DNA from: an uncultured Acidobacteriaceae bacterium
Lineage (GTDB): Bacteria; Acidobacteriota; Terriglobia; Terriglobales; Acidobacteriaceae
Reading direction: 5' to 3'
Assembly (NCBI GenBank): GCA_963749635.1
Contig: CAVVNW010000008.1
Span: 72,413-136,412 of the forward strand
DNA: 64,000 bases
Numbering within the stretch: position 1 is the stretch's first letter; each line of letters starts with the position of its first letter. The notes below the pieces were generated by a model that made no database searches, had not been told where the DNA came from, and worked only from the letters and a program-made list of their open reading frames with translations. The position numbers were made by a program, and so were the translations under genes. Of this stretch, positions 28,166-38,500 are shown in pieces.

Positions 28166-31075
28166 TCAAAAAGGGTATTTGAGATATATCTCCCGTGTTC
28201 GGCGCACCACCCGATCCACCCTGTCATCCAGCGATGGCCTCTCACTTTCTCGTAGAGCCGGTGCCATCAGTTTTTCAACCCATGTACGGGCGTGCACCGC
28301 TTTCGGTATCCACTTTCCTGGCCGGCCGGTGACCAACCTGACGTTATGCTCCAGCAATCGCAGAAATTGCGCATTCTCGGCCAATTCCTTCGCATCTTCC
28401 TCAGCAAGCCAGCCATGCAGGCCTGCCACATTGGCACGCTCCGACAAATTGCAACTTCCCCACACCCCATGTTTCACCTGCAACCTTCCCGTGAGGTAGT
28501 CGATGTCGTACGTCCCTCCCGCGCCAGTTTTCAGGTTCGGATGTGAGTCGCTCTCCTCGAGTCGCCGCCGCATATCGTCCAGGTCTCGTTCGAAACCCGC
28601 ACGACCTGCCACAGCCGCGATGCCCTGGCGTACAACTTCCAGCGTTTTTTCGGCCACCTCCGGGTCGCCGGCGACATGTCGCATGCGCAAGTACGTAATA
28701 GCCTCCCACGCTCGAGCGTCGCGCGCGAAATACTGCGCCAGTTGCGCTGGCGTTGTCACCAGATCGCCTTCACGCCCTCCAGGTCGCAACCGCGTGTCGA
28801 CCGGAAACAGAGTTCCGTCGCGCGTGTACGCAGTAAGCACTTCCACGACGCGCTCTGCTGCCCTGCTGGTGTCCTTCCTTGCGGTTGAATTCTCCGCCAC
28901 AAACAAAAGGTCAGCATCCGAAAGCACATCAAACTCGCCACTGCCTAACCGTCCCAGAGCCATCACTGCGAACCCCGCCGGGGGATCGGCAATGGCAAGC
29001 GCATATTCAATCGCCTTGTCGGCGGCGCTGCTATTTTCTGCCAGCGTTTCATGCACGCCTCGCGGGTGATAGACCTCGCGCGCATTGGCCACAAAAAGCG
29101 CGTGGCGAAATTGCCGACGGAATAGCGATAGGGCTTCCGCACGACCAATCTCACGTTTCGCCAAGTACGAAAGGATAGGATCAATTACCTCAGTGGTTCG
29201 CAGGTCGGCCGTTGGAAACAATTTATTCTGTGCGGCAGCCTGATGCTGGTTGAGTCCTTCCAGTAAAACGACGTCTGCTGGATGACGTACCAGAATGTTG
29301 GTCAGATAATCGCTGCACTCGAAAATTGCGATTGCGCTTTCGACTGCCCGAGGAGCGCGGACTACAGCCGCGTAGCGTTCCGAACTGGTTGTCGCCGAGC
29401 TCAGGAAACGGTCAACATTTCTGCGTGCATGTGTCGACAAATCGGCTCGGACAACAACCGTGAGCAACTGGGGCGAGTCGATCGCCAGCCGCTGCATGAT
29501 CTGGCTGTGGGAATACTCTGCCGACGGCGAAACTTGCGATTGCAACCACAGGTTCCCCTGGGCGTCGATAAACTCCTGGCTCTGCTCCTGGTAAACAATG
29601 CGGCGGTAGATGTCTGCGACCGCCGCCATTTTCGCCTGGAGTTGCGACTCAAATTCGTCTGGCGACGGAGCTCCCGCTTCAACCCGGCTCATGCGCTTGG
29701 CCAACACTGTTAGTTCCGTCGGGTCCGTCGGAAGCTGATGGCTCTGCCGCCCTTGTCGCAGCTGCAATTGGTGTTCGAGATGCCGGAGGTACTCATACGC
29801 CTTGTTCAGGTTATGAAAGTCTTTCCCGCTGATGTGCTGCTTGTCGTGAAGCTTCTGTAGCGCAGACAATGTTCCGCGCGAGCGCAGCCATCGTTCCTCT
29901 CCGCCGTACATTCGCTGCAGGCACTGCACCAGGAACTCGATATCGCGAATGCCTCCCCGGTCGAGCTTCACATTGATGGTCCTTCTTGCAGATGGTCCTG
30001 AAACCAGGTGCCTGCCTCGCTTGTCAATTCGTTCCCTCGCCTGCAGGGCTGTCTTAACGGCTGCGAAGTTTACCGTCGGACGATAAACGTAGGGCGCTAC
30101 CGCACGAACGAACTCGCGAGCCAAGTTCGCATCGCCCGCCGAGTGGCGGGCCTTGATCATGGCCTGCAATTCCCAGTCCTGGGCAACTTCTGAGTAGTAC
30201 TGGATCGCCCGCGGGAGTGGCACGACCAGTTCGCCTTCGTGCCCCTCGGGGCGCAAGCGCAGGTCGATGCGCATGACCTGTCCTTCCCGCGTCCGCCGGC
30301 TCAGTAATTCTGTGATGTCCTGTGCCATGAGAATGTAGTATTCGCGGTTTGATATCGCCGCGCCCGTCGGCTCAATTCCGCTGTCGTAGAGAAACAGCAG
30401 ATCGACGTCCGAACTGTAGTTCAGTTCGTTGCCTCCCAGTTTTCCCAGCGACAACACGGAAAACCTCGAGTCTTGCACTTGCCCCTCACTGCCCACCCAT
30501 CGCGGACTTCCATATCGCTGCCGTAACTTTTCGGTCACAGCCGACAAAGCCTCTTCGATTAAAGCGTCAGCCAGCGCCGAGATCTCCTCAGTCGTCTCCG
30601 CCAATTTGGCAATCCCGAGTGTGTCACGCAGCAGAATTCGCGCGTACTCCCGCTTTCGGAAACGAGCTAACGACATAGCCAAGTCATGTGCAGCAGAATG
30701 GGAGCACAACCGGGAGAATTCCTGGCGGAATTCTTCCTTCGAAAAAGAGTGTTCTAGCTTTTCGTCGCCGTTAAACCTTTGAAATAAATCGCCGTTCTGC
30801 AAGAGCGTTTCGCCCAGCCACGCGCTGTGTCCAAACACGACGATCGCGTAATGCAGCAAGCTCGGCTGTCCGGCGATGGTACTCGCCCAACCCTCCGGCC
30901 CTGACTCAAGCAGGCGTTCCAGCATGACGACCGCGGAGTCTGGATCAGGAGAATCGCCGAGGAAGCGACAGGCTGCGGCAAAGGTCGCTGGCGGGAGGCA
31001 TTCGCAAATCCGCGCCAGGTGGCGCACACCCGTCCCGTGCTCCCGGAACTCAATGCCGTGCGAACGTTCAACCAT
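28166..31075 (-). CDS. glnE: Bifunctional glutamine synthetase adenylyltransferase / adenylyl-removing enzyme
   Basis: 969 aa with two nucleotidyltransferase cores, GKLGGNELNYSSDVDLLFLY and ALGRLGSGEFDVLSDADLLFV. Confidence 0.9.
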   Translation of the reverse strand: MVERSHGIEFREHGTGVRHLARICECLPPATFAAACRFLGDSPDPDSAVVMLERLLESGPEGWASTIAGQPSLLHYAIVVFGHSAWLGETLLQNGDLFQRFNGDEKLEHSFSKEEFRQEFSRLCSHSAAHDLAMSLARFRKREYARILLRDTLGIAKLAETTEEISALADALIEEALSAVTEKLRQRYGSPRWVGSEGQVQDSRFSVLSLGKLGGNELNYSSDVDLLFLYDSGIEPTGAAISNREYYILMAQDITELLSRRTREGQVMRIDLRLRPEGHEGELVVPLPRAIQYYSEVAQDWELQAMIKARHSAGDANLAREFVRAVAPYVYRPTVNFAAVKTALQARERIDKRGRHLVSGPSARRTINVKLDRGGIRDIEFLVQCLQRMYGGEERWLRSRGTLSALQKLHDKQHISGKDFHNLNKAYEYLRHLEHQLQLRQGRQSHQLPTDPTELTVLAKRMSRVEAGAPSPDEFESQLQAKMAAVADIYRRIVYQEQSQEFIDAQGNLWLQSQVSPSAEYSHSQIMQRLAIDSPQLLTVVVRADLSTHARRNVDRFLSSATTSSERYAAVVRAPRAVESAIAIFECSDYLTNILVRHPADVVLLEGLNQHQAAAQNKLFPTADLRTTEVIDPILSYLAKREIGRAEALSLFRRQFRHALFVANAREVYHPRGVHETLAENSSAADKAIEYALAIADPPAGFAVMALGRLGSGEFDVLSDADLLFVAENSTARKDTSRAAERVVEVLTAYTRDGTLFPVDTRLRPGGREGDLVTTPAQLAQYFARDARAWEAITYLRMRHVAGDPEVAEKTLEVVRQGIAAVAGRAGFERDLDDMRRRLEESDSHPNLKTGAGGTYDIDYLTGRLQVKHGVWGSCNLSERANVAGLHGWLAEEDAKELAENAQFLRLLEHNVRLVTGRPGKWIPKAVHARTWVEKLMAPALRESERPSLDDRVDRVVRRTREIYLKYPF

Positions 31076-31216
31076 TTCGGACTGCGCCGCTTTGAACGAG
31101 GTTCAATGAAGATCGCCTGGTGCGCTTGTCGCCACCATAGCACGACGCGTCATCATCGCATCCTGAGCAAATGTTCTACCGTTGACTTCGCGGTCGCCGC
31201 CAATTAGCTTCGCTGG

Positions 31217-32527
31217 GTGAAATTTCTGGAAGCGCTCTTCGGCTTTGAGCAATACGGCACCACGCCCGGCCGCGAGGTCTTGGCCGGAATTACTACGTTT
31301 ACCACCATGTCTTACATTGTGGTGGTAAATCCGGCAATCCTTTCGGCCGCGGGAATACCGGAAGGCCCGTCCTTCGTCGCAACCATTCTGGTCGCAGTCG
31401 CCGGCTGTTATCTCATGGCCTTTTACGCCAATCGGCCGTTCGCTATCGCGCCTTACATGGGCGAGAATGCTTTCGTCGCATTCACCGTCTGCAAGATGCT
31501 GGGATTTGCCTGGCAGACGGCGTTGGCCGCCATTTTCATTGCCGGAATCCTCTTCATTCTGATGACCGTGTTTCGCTTGCGTAAGTGGATCGTTGATGGT
31601 GTTCCCACCTCACTCCGCCACAGCTTTGCCGTCGGAATCGGCTTGTTCCTTACCTTCATCGGCTTGAACGAAACTGGACTGGTGAAGCTAGGCGTGCCCG
31701 GCGCCCCGGTCCAGGCGGGTCACCTGACCTCGCATCCTGCTCTTGTCGCAATCTTTGGATTCGTACTGCTGGCGATCTTCACAATCCGAAAGATTCCCGG
31801 CGCGATCTTGATCGGCATCGTTATCACCGCACTTGTCGCGTTCGTCCTCGGGACTGCCCCTCCGCCAAAACATCTGCTCAGTTTGCCACCGAGCATCCGA
31901 CCCATCTTCTGGCAGCTTGATTTTCGTGGGGCGCTCACCTGGCGGGCCTTCCCTGTAGTGCTGACCATCTTCATCATGGCATTTGTCGATACCATGGGCA
32001 CATTGATTGGCCTCTCGGCGCGCGCCGGATTTCTCGATGAGACCGGACAGCTGCCGCAGATCGAGCGCCCTATGCTGGTCGATGCAATCGCGACCAGTTT
32101 GTCGCCTGCTCTCGGAACCACCACGGCAGGCGCGTTCGTCGAATCCGCCACCGGCATCGAAGCCGGGGGCCGCACCGGATTCACGGTATTCGTCACTGGA
32201 ACTTGTTTCCTGTTGACCTTGTTTTTCGCGCCGTTCGTCGCCGCGATCCCCGCACAGGCCTACGGACCAGCGTTGATCATCGTCGGACTGTTCATGCTCG
32301 CGGCCATCTCCCGCATCGACTTCACGGACTACTCCGAATCCATACCGGCCTTCGCGGTGGTCGTGCTCATGGCGTTCACCTTCAACATTGCGATTGGAAT
32401 ATCGGCGGGATTCGTTCTTTATCCGATTTGCAAGCTGGTGGCGGGACAATTCGACCAGTTGAAGCCCGGTCTGTGGGTCCTCACTGGACTCTCGCTGCTC
32501 TTTTTTATTTTTTATCCGTACAGTTGA
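31217..32527 (+). CDS. NCS2 family purine permease (AzgA / PbuG-like)
   Basis: About 12 TM segments, with N-terminal LFGFEQYGTTPGREVLAGITTFTTMSYIVVVNP typical of adenine/guanine/hypoxanthine permeases. The start codon is GTG. Confidence 0.8.
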   Translation: MKFLEALFGFEQYGTTPGREVLAGITTFTTMSYIVVVNPAILSAAGIPEGPSFVATILVAVAGCYLMAFYANRPFAIAPYMGENAFVAFTVCKMLGFAWQTALAAIFIAGILFILMTVFRLRKWIVDGVPTSLRHSFAVGIGLFLTFIGLNETGLVKLGVPGAPVQAGHLTSHPALVAIFGFVLLAIFTIRKIPGAILIGIVITALVAFVLGTAPPPKHLLSLPPSIRPIFWQLDFRGALTWRAFPVVLTIFIMAFVDTMGTLIGLSARAGFLDETGQLPQIERPMLVDAIATSLSPALGTTTAGAFVESATGIEAGGRTGFTVFVTGTCFLLTLFFAPFVAAIPAQAYGPALIIVGLFMLAAISRIDFTDYSESIPAFAVVVLMAFTFNIAIGISAGFVLYPICKLVAGQFDQLKPGLWVLTGLSLLFFIFYPYS

Positions 32528-32579
32528 GACCGGGAGGCTATCGCGGGTTCGCATGTAATTGGCTCGCAAGTGCAGGAGA

Positions 32580-32655
<76 letters not shown>

Positions 32656-32680
32656 GGCGACCGCAAGCAGCCCCAGATGC

Positions 32681-32708
32681 ATTGTATGGTGACCCGCGCG
32701 CTTCGCAA
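32681..32708 (-). promoter_or_regulatory. Candidate sigma-70 promoter of the tRNA gene
   Basis: The minus strand reads TTGCGA-N16-TACAAT, with the -10 element ending about 25 nt upstream of the tRNA 5' end. Confidence 0.4.
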
Positions 32709-32733
32709 AACACGTTCGACCTCGACTGCATGC

Positions 32734-33432
32734 TCACTCCGGCGGTTCTGCCGGCTTAGGAGTCAACTGCGACTCCATGCGTTTGAACACGCTACACGAG
32801 CCGCCAGGTAACAGGGTCCCCTTCATCAGCGCGAACTTGCTCTCCATGGAGCACATCATCGAATCAAGCAAGTTTTTTTGCGCCTCATCGGCAGCAACGC
32901 CACGCGATTCCTTGTAGTACGCGATCGCCAGTGCGTTGTTGGCATACGACAGCGCATAGTAGACGGCAGAATCAGCGGGGGTCTGAACGTGAACGATCGA
33001 CAGCGACAGCTTGCGGTCGATGGCGTCGAACCTCGGCCCGAGGGGGACCTTTTCTTTTTTCAGCACCACCGCCCGTAGGCTCTCGATCTCGTCGGGCACT
33101 CCCGCAACGTCGCCGCGAAACCGTTCGGAAAAGTGTTCCCCCTCAACCACAGGTGTGGCTTTGTCGCAATTGCAGGTTGGCTGATCGGCACGAATAATCA
33201 AGCCGGTCTCTTCCGATTGCACCGATGCACCCAGGGCTTCGGCCAGTGCAGAGGCATCCACGTAGCTGACGCCATCTTTGACAATTACCTGGTTGGCCGG
33301 CAGTGGCTTGCCGTTCACGAACACGTGCTTTCGTGACGCCGACGCCGCGTCATGCGCACGCGGTGGCTGTTGTGAGATTCCAAGACTGGTTAGCGCGAGT
33401 AACGCCACACTCAGTAATAATGCCCGTTTCAC
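32734..33432 (-). CDS. Secreted hypothetical protein
   Basis: Signal peptide MKRALLLSVALLALTSLGISQQ. The N-terminal segment VFVNGKPLPANQVIVKDGVSYVDASALAEALG resembles copper-amine-oxidase-N-like 'stalk' domains (weak). Confidence 0.5.
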   Translation of the reverse strand: MKRALLLSVALLALTSLGISQQPPRAHDAASASRKHVFVNGKPLPANQVIVKDGVSYVDASALAEALGASVQSEETGLIIRADQPTCNCDKATPVVEGEHFSERFRGDVAGVPDEIESLRAVVLKKEKVPLGPRFDAIDRKLSLSIVHVQTPADSAVYYALSYANNALAIAYYKESRGVAADEAQKNLLDSMMCSMESKFALMKGTLLPGGSCSVFKRMESQLTPKPAEPPE

Positions 33433-33463
33433 TTTGCACCTCGTAGGGCGACGATGCTGCCAG

Positions 33464-34700
33464 CTAGGTTGAGGCGTGCTCCATGACTTTCCGAACCGCC
33501 GCTATCATGTCCCCGACATCAGCATCCGACAGCGTTGGGTGAACGAGCAGCATCAGGCTCGTTTCTCCCAGCTCCTTCGCAATCGGCAGCCGGCCCGGCG
33601 GACGGAAGCCGGCGAAGGCTTTCTCAAGATAAATTTCGCTGCAACTGCCAGCATAGCAAGGAACTCCCTCGGCTTCTATCGCAGCCATGATGCGGTCTCG
33701 ATCCCACCCGTTTCGCAGCCTCTCCGGGCCGAACAAAAGCGTAATACTTGTAATATGAGTGGTTTACGTGGTCGGGCGGACGGGTTACCCGCAGTGCAGG
33801 GATGTCCTCGAACTCCGCGTTCAATCGTGAAGCGTGCAGTCTGCGTCGTCCCAAATCGGCATCTAAATGGCGGAGAGAGACTCTCCCCAGAGCCGATTGC
33901 ATCTCCGTCAGCCTCCAGTTTGTGCCAATCGACTCATACACTTGGCGGTAGCCGGGAGGATGTTCGCGCCCGTAAACCGCTTCGTAGCTTTTCCCGTGGT
34001 CCCGGTAACTCCACGCACGGTCGAAAAGATCCTGATCGTTCGTGACGAACATGCCGCCTTCGCCGCCGGTGGTCATGATCTTGTCCTGACAGAACGAATA
34101 GGTGCCTATATGTCCCATCGAACCAACAGGATGGCCTTTATAGCGTGCGCCGTGGGCTTGAGCACAATCCTCAATCACGGCAATGTTATGCTGGGCCGCA
34201 ATGGCCATGATCGAATCCATATCGCACGGCCAGCCTGCAAGGTGAACAGCAATAACGGCCTTGGTGCGCGGCGTGATGGCCTGTCTAAGTGCTTCTGGGG
34301 TAATCATTTGGCTATCGCGATCGACGTCGGCCATGACTGGCCGCGCGCCTCGTATCACGACGCAACTTGCTGATGCGATGAAGGAACGGCAGGGGGTTAC
34401 GACGTCATCGCCGGGACCAACCCCCAGTGCGTACAGCGCTAATTCCAGCGCCAAAGTGCCGTTTGCCACGGTCAGAGCGTGTTTAACGCCCGTATACGCT
34501 GCAAACTCCCGCTCAAACCGTTGGCCTTCGTCGCCAGTCCAATAGTTGACTCTCCCCGAGCGGAGAACCACGCTCACAGCTTCAATCTGCTCCTCCGAGA
34601 AGACTGGCCACGCCGGAAAGGGCGTAGTTCTAACAGGTTGGCCGCCATCGATGGCCAACTTGATCAGATTGGAGGTCTTGGATAGGGCAGCAGCGCACAT
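33464..34700 (-). pseudogene. DegT/DnrJ/EryC1/StrS family PLP aminotransferase with one +1 frameshift near 33724-33730
   Basis: ORF 33624..34739 carries SFCQDKIMTTGGEGGMF (PLP lysine) and reads through HSYYKYYAFVRP. The conserved C-terminus ERLRNGWDRDRIMAAIEAEGVPCYAGSCSEIYLEKAF continues in another frame (ORF 33464..33736). One extra G in CGGCCCGGAGAGG accounts for the shift. The start is ATG 34739 or 34700. Confidence 0.8.
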
Positions 34701-34982
34701 CAGATTGGTCCGAGAGCCTATATATAGCAGAGTTGCCACCTCCCACGCCGAACATCTTGGCTGGCAAGAGACTGGAGAAAGCCCTCCAAGAAGTTGTATG
34801 CGCAGCTGGCCAAGGCTACAGATTTCGAGAGAGTCGCAGCCGAGGACTTCAGCTTGAAGCCGTTATATCAATAGTTTGCGCAATGAGGTCGGTTGGAACT
34901 GTAGTTGCACTATGGATGGCAAGTCGGGTTGTGGCGCATGTAACATTGCCGCTTTTCACAGACGGCATGCCTGCTCGGAAGG

Positions 34983-35060
34983 TCAGGAGTTGCTCCGACC
35001 ATCCTGCGTGGGGCTCGGAAAAGGGGTTGCTTCATGGGGTCCGAGCCTCACGAGCGGCAT
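34983..35060 (-). CDS. Candidate 25-codon small ORF with a strong Shine-Dalgarno
   Basis: The minus strand reads TTATAACAAATGTTATAAGGAGGGAATTCTAGATG; AAGGAGG lies 9 nt before the ATG. The product is MPLVRLGPHEATPFPSPTQDGRSNS. No homology can be assessed here. Confidence 0.25.
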   Translation of the reverse strand: MPLVRLGPHEATPFPSPTQDGRSNS

Positions 35061-35074
35061 CTAGAATTCCCTCC

Positions 35075-35092
35075 TTATAACATTTGTTATAA
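35075..35092. promoter_or_regulatory. Perfect 18-bp palindrome TTATAACATTTGTTATAA
   Basis: 8-bp arms with a 2-nt centre, in an AT-rich patch. It abuts the Shine-Dalgarno of the small ORF on the minus strand. Confidence 0.4.
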
Positions 35093-35261
35093 CCCTATTT
35101 TGGACTCCTTTCTCTCCTCACTTCTGAGTATCCTTCGGCGAAACTTTAGCGAACCTGGCCCTGCATGCCTGTCGTGAGTTGACAGAAGGAGCAACTCGCC
35201 CATTTACCCGCCTGAACAGAAAGCTGAAAGAGCTTTTTCTTAGAAAATGGAGAGGAACACA

Positions 35262-35316
35262 GCGGCTGAAGCCGCCTCTATTTTTGAACGCTTTGCGGCA
35301 TGACTGAAGTCATGCC
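35262..35316 (+). repeat. Hairpin repeat locus C (two GC stems closed on TGAA loops)
   Basis: GCGGC-TGAA-GCCGC (35262..35275) and GGCATGAC-TGAA-GTCATGCC (35297..35316). The core matches GGCT(G/A)AAGCC seen at loci A and B. Confidence 0.7.
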
Positions 35317-35471
35317 CTGATACGAACCTGTCGCGAAGGCCAATTTTGAGCAGCCTGTGAAGGCCAAGCGCTTGCGCCCGACGATGGAAGCAGCCGATGT
35401 GTGCGGCCGAACGCTTAGCCCCTTTGTTCTGCCGTGCAAAACAATCGCCCGTCCTCAATCGTGGGACGCCC

Positions 35472-35498
35472 AAAAAATGGGGAGCCCGAAGGCTCCCC
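35472..35498 (-). terminator. Rho-independent terminator of the TonB-dependent receptor gene
   Basis: The minus strand reads GGGGAGCC-TTCG-GGCTCCCC followed by ATTTTTTG, 25 nt after the stop codon. Confidence 0.85.
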
Positions 35499-35523
35499 GA
35501 GTACAACAAGCTGTTTCAGCGAA

Positions 35524-38500
35524 TTAGAAGTTGTACTTGACAACCAGGATCAACTGGCGCGGATGGTTCGAAAAGACCGAATTCCACTGCTGGAACGTTG
35601 GACTAGGAACCCCTCCGCTCACCGAAGGGATCAGTGCATTGCGAATCGGACCGGCGGTTTGCCCGAAGGACTCGACATCGCTGATGACACCGGGCACGTA
35701 CTGCGCATGGTTGAACAAATTGAACGCCGTGACGGAGAAGGAAACCGATTGGCGTTCGGTGATGTTAATGCGCTTCAGGGCCGAGAGATCCCAGTTGTTT
35801 TCCCACGGCGTAGCAATGGTGTTGCGTCCGACGTTGGGGAACGTGCCGGAACCAGCCGTGATGTACTGCGCCGTCGGATCATTCGCCAGGTAAGCGACGG
35901 TCTGCCCATTCGAGTTCGTCAACCCCGTCACACCCGAGGCGGTGCCCGACACACCGGCGGAATTGAAGATACAACGGTCACCAGTCGAGTCGCCGTTCCG
36001 GTTGGCGTCAACCGCACTCTGGCAGTCGGCGTATTCAGGAGCCTGCAGGGTGTAAACCGGCGAGAACTGCCAGTTGCCCACGACGTTTTTCATCATCCAG
36101 TTGTCACTATGCTTGAAGTACGGGATGTCCCAGACCGCAAACGCCGTGAAACGCTGGCTGTGATTGAGAGCGGAAATGCTCATGTCGCAGTTCCAGCACT
36201 GGAAGTCCTGCGGACGACGCGGGGTCAGAACCGTCGAGAAGACGTCTGCCGTCGAGTTGTCGAGCAGTTTGCTCCAGGTATAAGCCGCCTGGAACTGCAG
36301 GCCGTTGGTGAAGGTGCGTTGCAGTTGCACATTCAGGCCGTTGTACCTCGACTGGCCATACGGTTGGAATGAAACGATGTTATTGGCGTTGAATCCAGCG
36401 TTGGCATAGGACTGGACGAAGCTGCCAAAGTTCGCCAGCGAATACGCACAGCCAGGGTGATTACAAGCGGCCTGGCTGGTCGTCGTGTACGGCAGGCTGT
36501 CTAACGTTGCCTGGCTCGGTGCTGCCAGATAGGTCGGCAGGTACGCCCAAGGTTGGACTTCTGACTGCCGATTCAGACGGGTCTGGACCGGCAGATCGAT
36601 TCCGTGGCTCCCCACATAGCGAACTTCCAAGGTGTATACCCTGCCGAACTGGCGCTGAATGCCGGCCGTCCAGCTTTCGGTGTAGGGCAGCGTTTGGTTG
36701 GGAATGTAAGCGGTGGTCAGAGAACGGGCGGTCGCCGGATCGGTGATCGCGCCGAGAACTGACGGCAGACCCCCGCTGGCCAAAAATTTATTAGGTGACC
36801 AAAAGCAGCCCGAGGTAGGGGTGTATTGGGCGAGGATGCTGGTGTCGCAAGTCTGCGACACTTCAGGCGGCAGCGACAAAATGCCCAGGTTGTCATAGAG
36901 GACGTCGCTGGCAATCGAGTATCCCGCGCGCACGACCGTCTGGGAATTGGGCGACCAAGCTATGCCTAAGCGGGGCAGGAAATTGGTCTTATCTGCCGTA
37001 GGCGCGGTAAAGTTGATGAGCCCAGGCACGCTCGCAGCCGCGTTCAGTGCCTGCAATTGAGTGCCCTGTGGCTCGCCTGTGTACTCGTAGCGCAGGCCAA
37101 AATCCAACGTGATGGTGGGACTGATGCGCCACGAATCGTTGGCATACCAGTAAACCGCCTTTTTATTGCCGTAGTACACCACGTTGCCGGCAGAGCGCTC
37201 GCCGAGGGGATCGGAAGCGTTCAGCCCTGCGGCGTAGTCGTTCAGATAGTCTGACGTGAAATTCCACTCATAGTCGCCACGCACGCGCTGAGTAAACGTC
37301 TGCGGGCTGATATACCAGCGAAATTCACCGCCAAACCGGAAGTTGTGCTTCCCTTTCACCCAGCTGACGTTGTCCACAAATGAGTAGGTGTTCTGAATGG
37401 TTTCCTGGGGACCGTTGGGATCGGGCCCGAGCTGAACTGAGTTGAGATCAGTAAACACCAGGTTCGGAAATACACCGCCGAGACCGGGGAAGGTCTGCGA
37501 GCCAGTCGGGGTAACGTTGGCGTAGCGGTTGAACCCGAAACGGAACTCGTTGTTTACGCTGGTACCGAAGTTGTGATACTCGGCCAGCGTCGCCAGCCAG
37601 TAGGTCGTTGGGAGCGTATCCCAGAACGTCGGCAATTGGGCATTGGTATCGAACCCAGTGTTCTTGGTGTAAGCCAAACGGCCGCGCAGCGAGTCGTTCT
37701 GGCCGATGACCCAATCGAAAGAGTTAGCGGTATTCAGGTAGTTCTGGTAACTGGGCCCGCTGAAGCCGATGTCGCCGGTTGGGATGTTGACCGCTTGCGC
37801 GGCGAAGTTGGGGTTTGAGCTACCGTTGGCCAAAAATGACGGGGTTCCCGCCGCAACCTGGATCGATGGTGAGCAGACGACTGCGCCACCGGAGGCGGCC
37901 GGAAGGTATTTCTCCAATTGCTGGAGATTGACGCTGTTGGGGAACATGTTGTTCAACATCGAGTAACCCGCCGCGGTAGGTGCGCAGGCGGTCGAGGAAT
38001 TGCCGACCTGGCCAATCGTGTTGTACTCCCAGTCGGTAAAAAAGAACAGCTTGTTCTTGATGATCGGTCCGCCTAAATTGCCGCCGTAGCGGTTGTTGTC
38101 GTAGCGCGGGTTCGACACATTGGTGTAACCCTGCGACTGGGCGTATTGCGAGTCAACTGCGTTCAGATCGCGGTTCTGGAAGTACTCGTACGCGGTCCCA
38201 TGAAACTGGTTGGTGCCGCTCTTGATGGTCTGGTTGAACTGGCCACCGGAAGAATGACCGAACTCAGCCGAGAACTGGTTTTGCAGCACGGTGAAACTGC
38301 CAACCGCATCCTGAGGAATCTCGATGAGCGGGCCAGTCACGGAAAGGCTGTTGTTGTCCACGCCTTCAATCGTGAAGTTGTTATTGCGGGGGCGGTTTCC
38401 GCCCACTGCCGGGCCAGAACCTGCACCGAGGCCGCCGGAGCTGGCCACGCCAGCATTCAACAGCGACAAATTCAGAACGCCGCTGACGCCAGCCGAGATC

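Noticed and set aside
31076-31216. A possible purine riboswitch upstream of the NCS2 purine permease.
   Set aside because: Only a short UUCUACCG-like string matches. The GAUAUGG and CCGUAAA loop motifs and the P1 pairing are absent.
34733-35080. The 115-aa plus-strand ORF in the long intergenic region.
   Set aside because: It has no motif, a composition unlike the neighbouring genes, and no RBS. It runs opposite to both flanking genes and is most likely non-coding.
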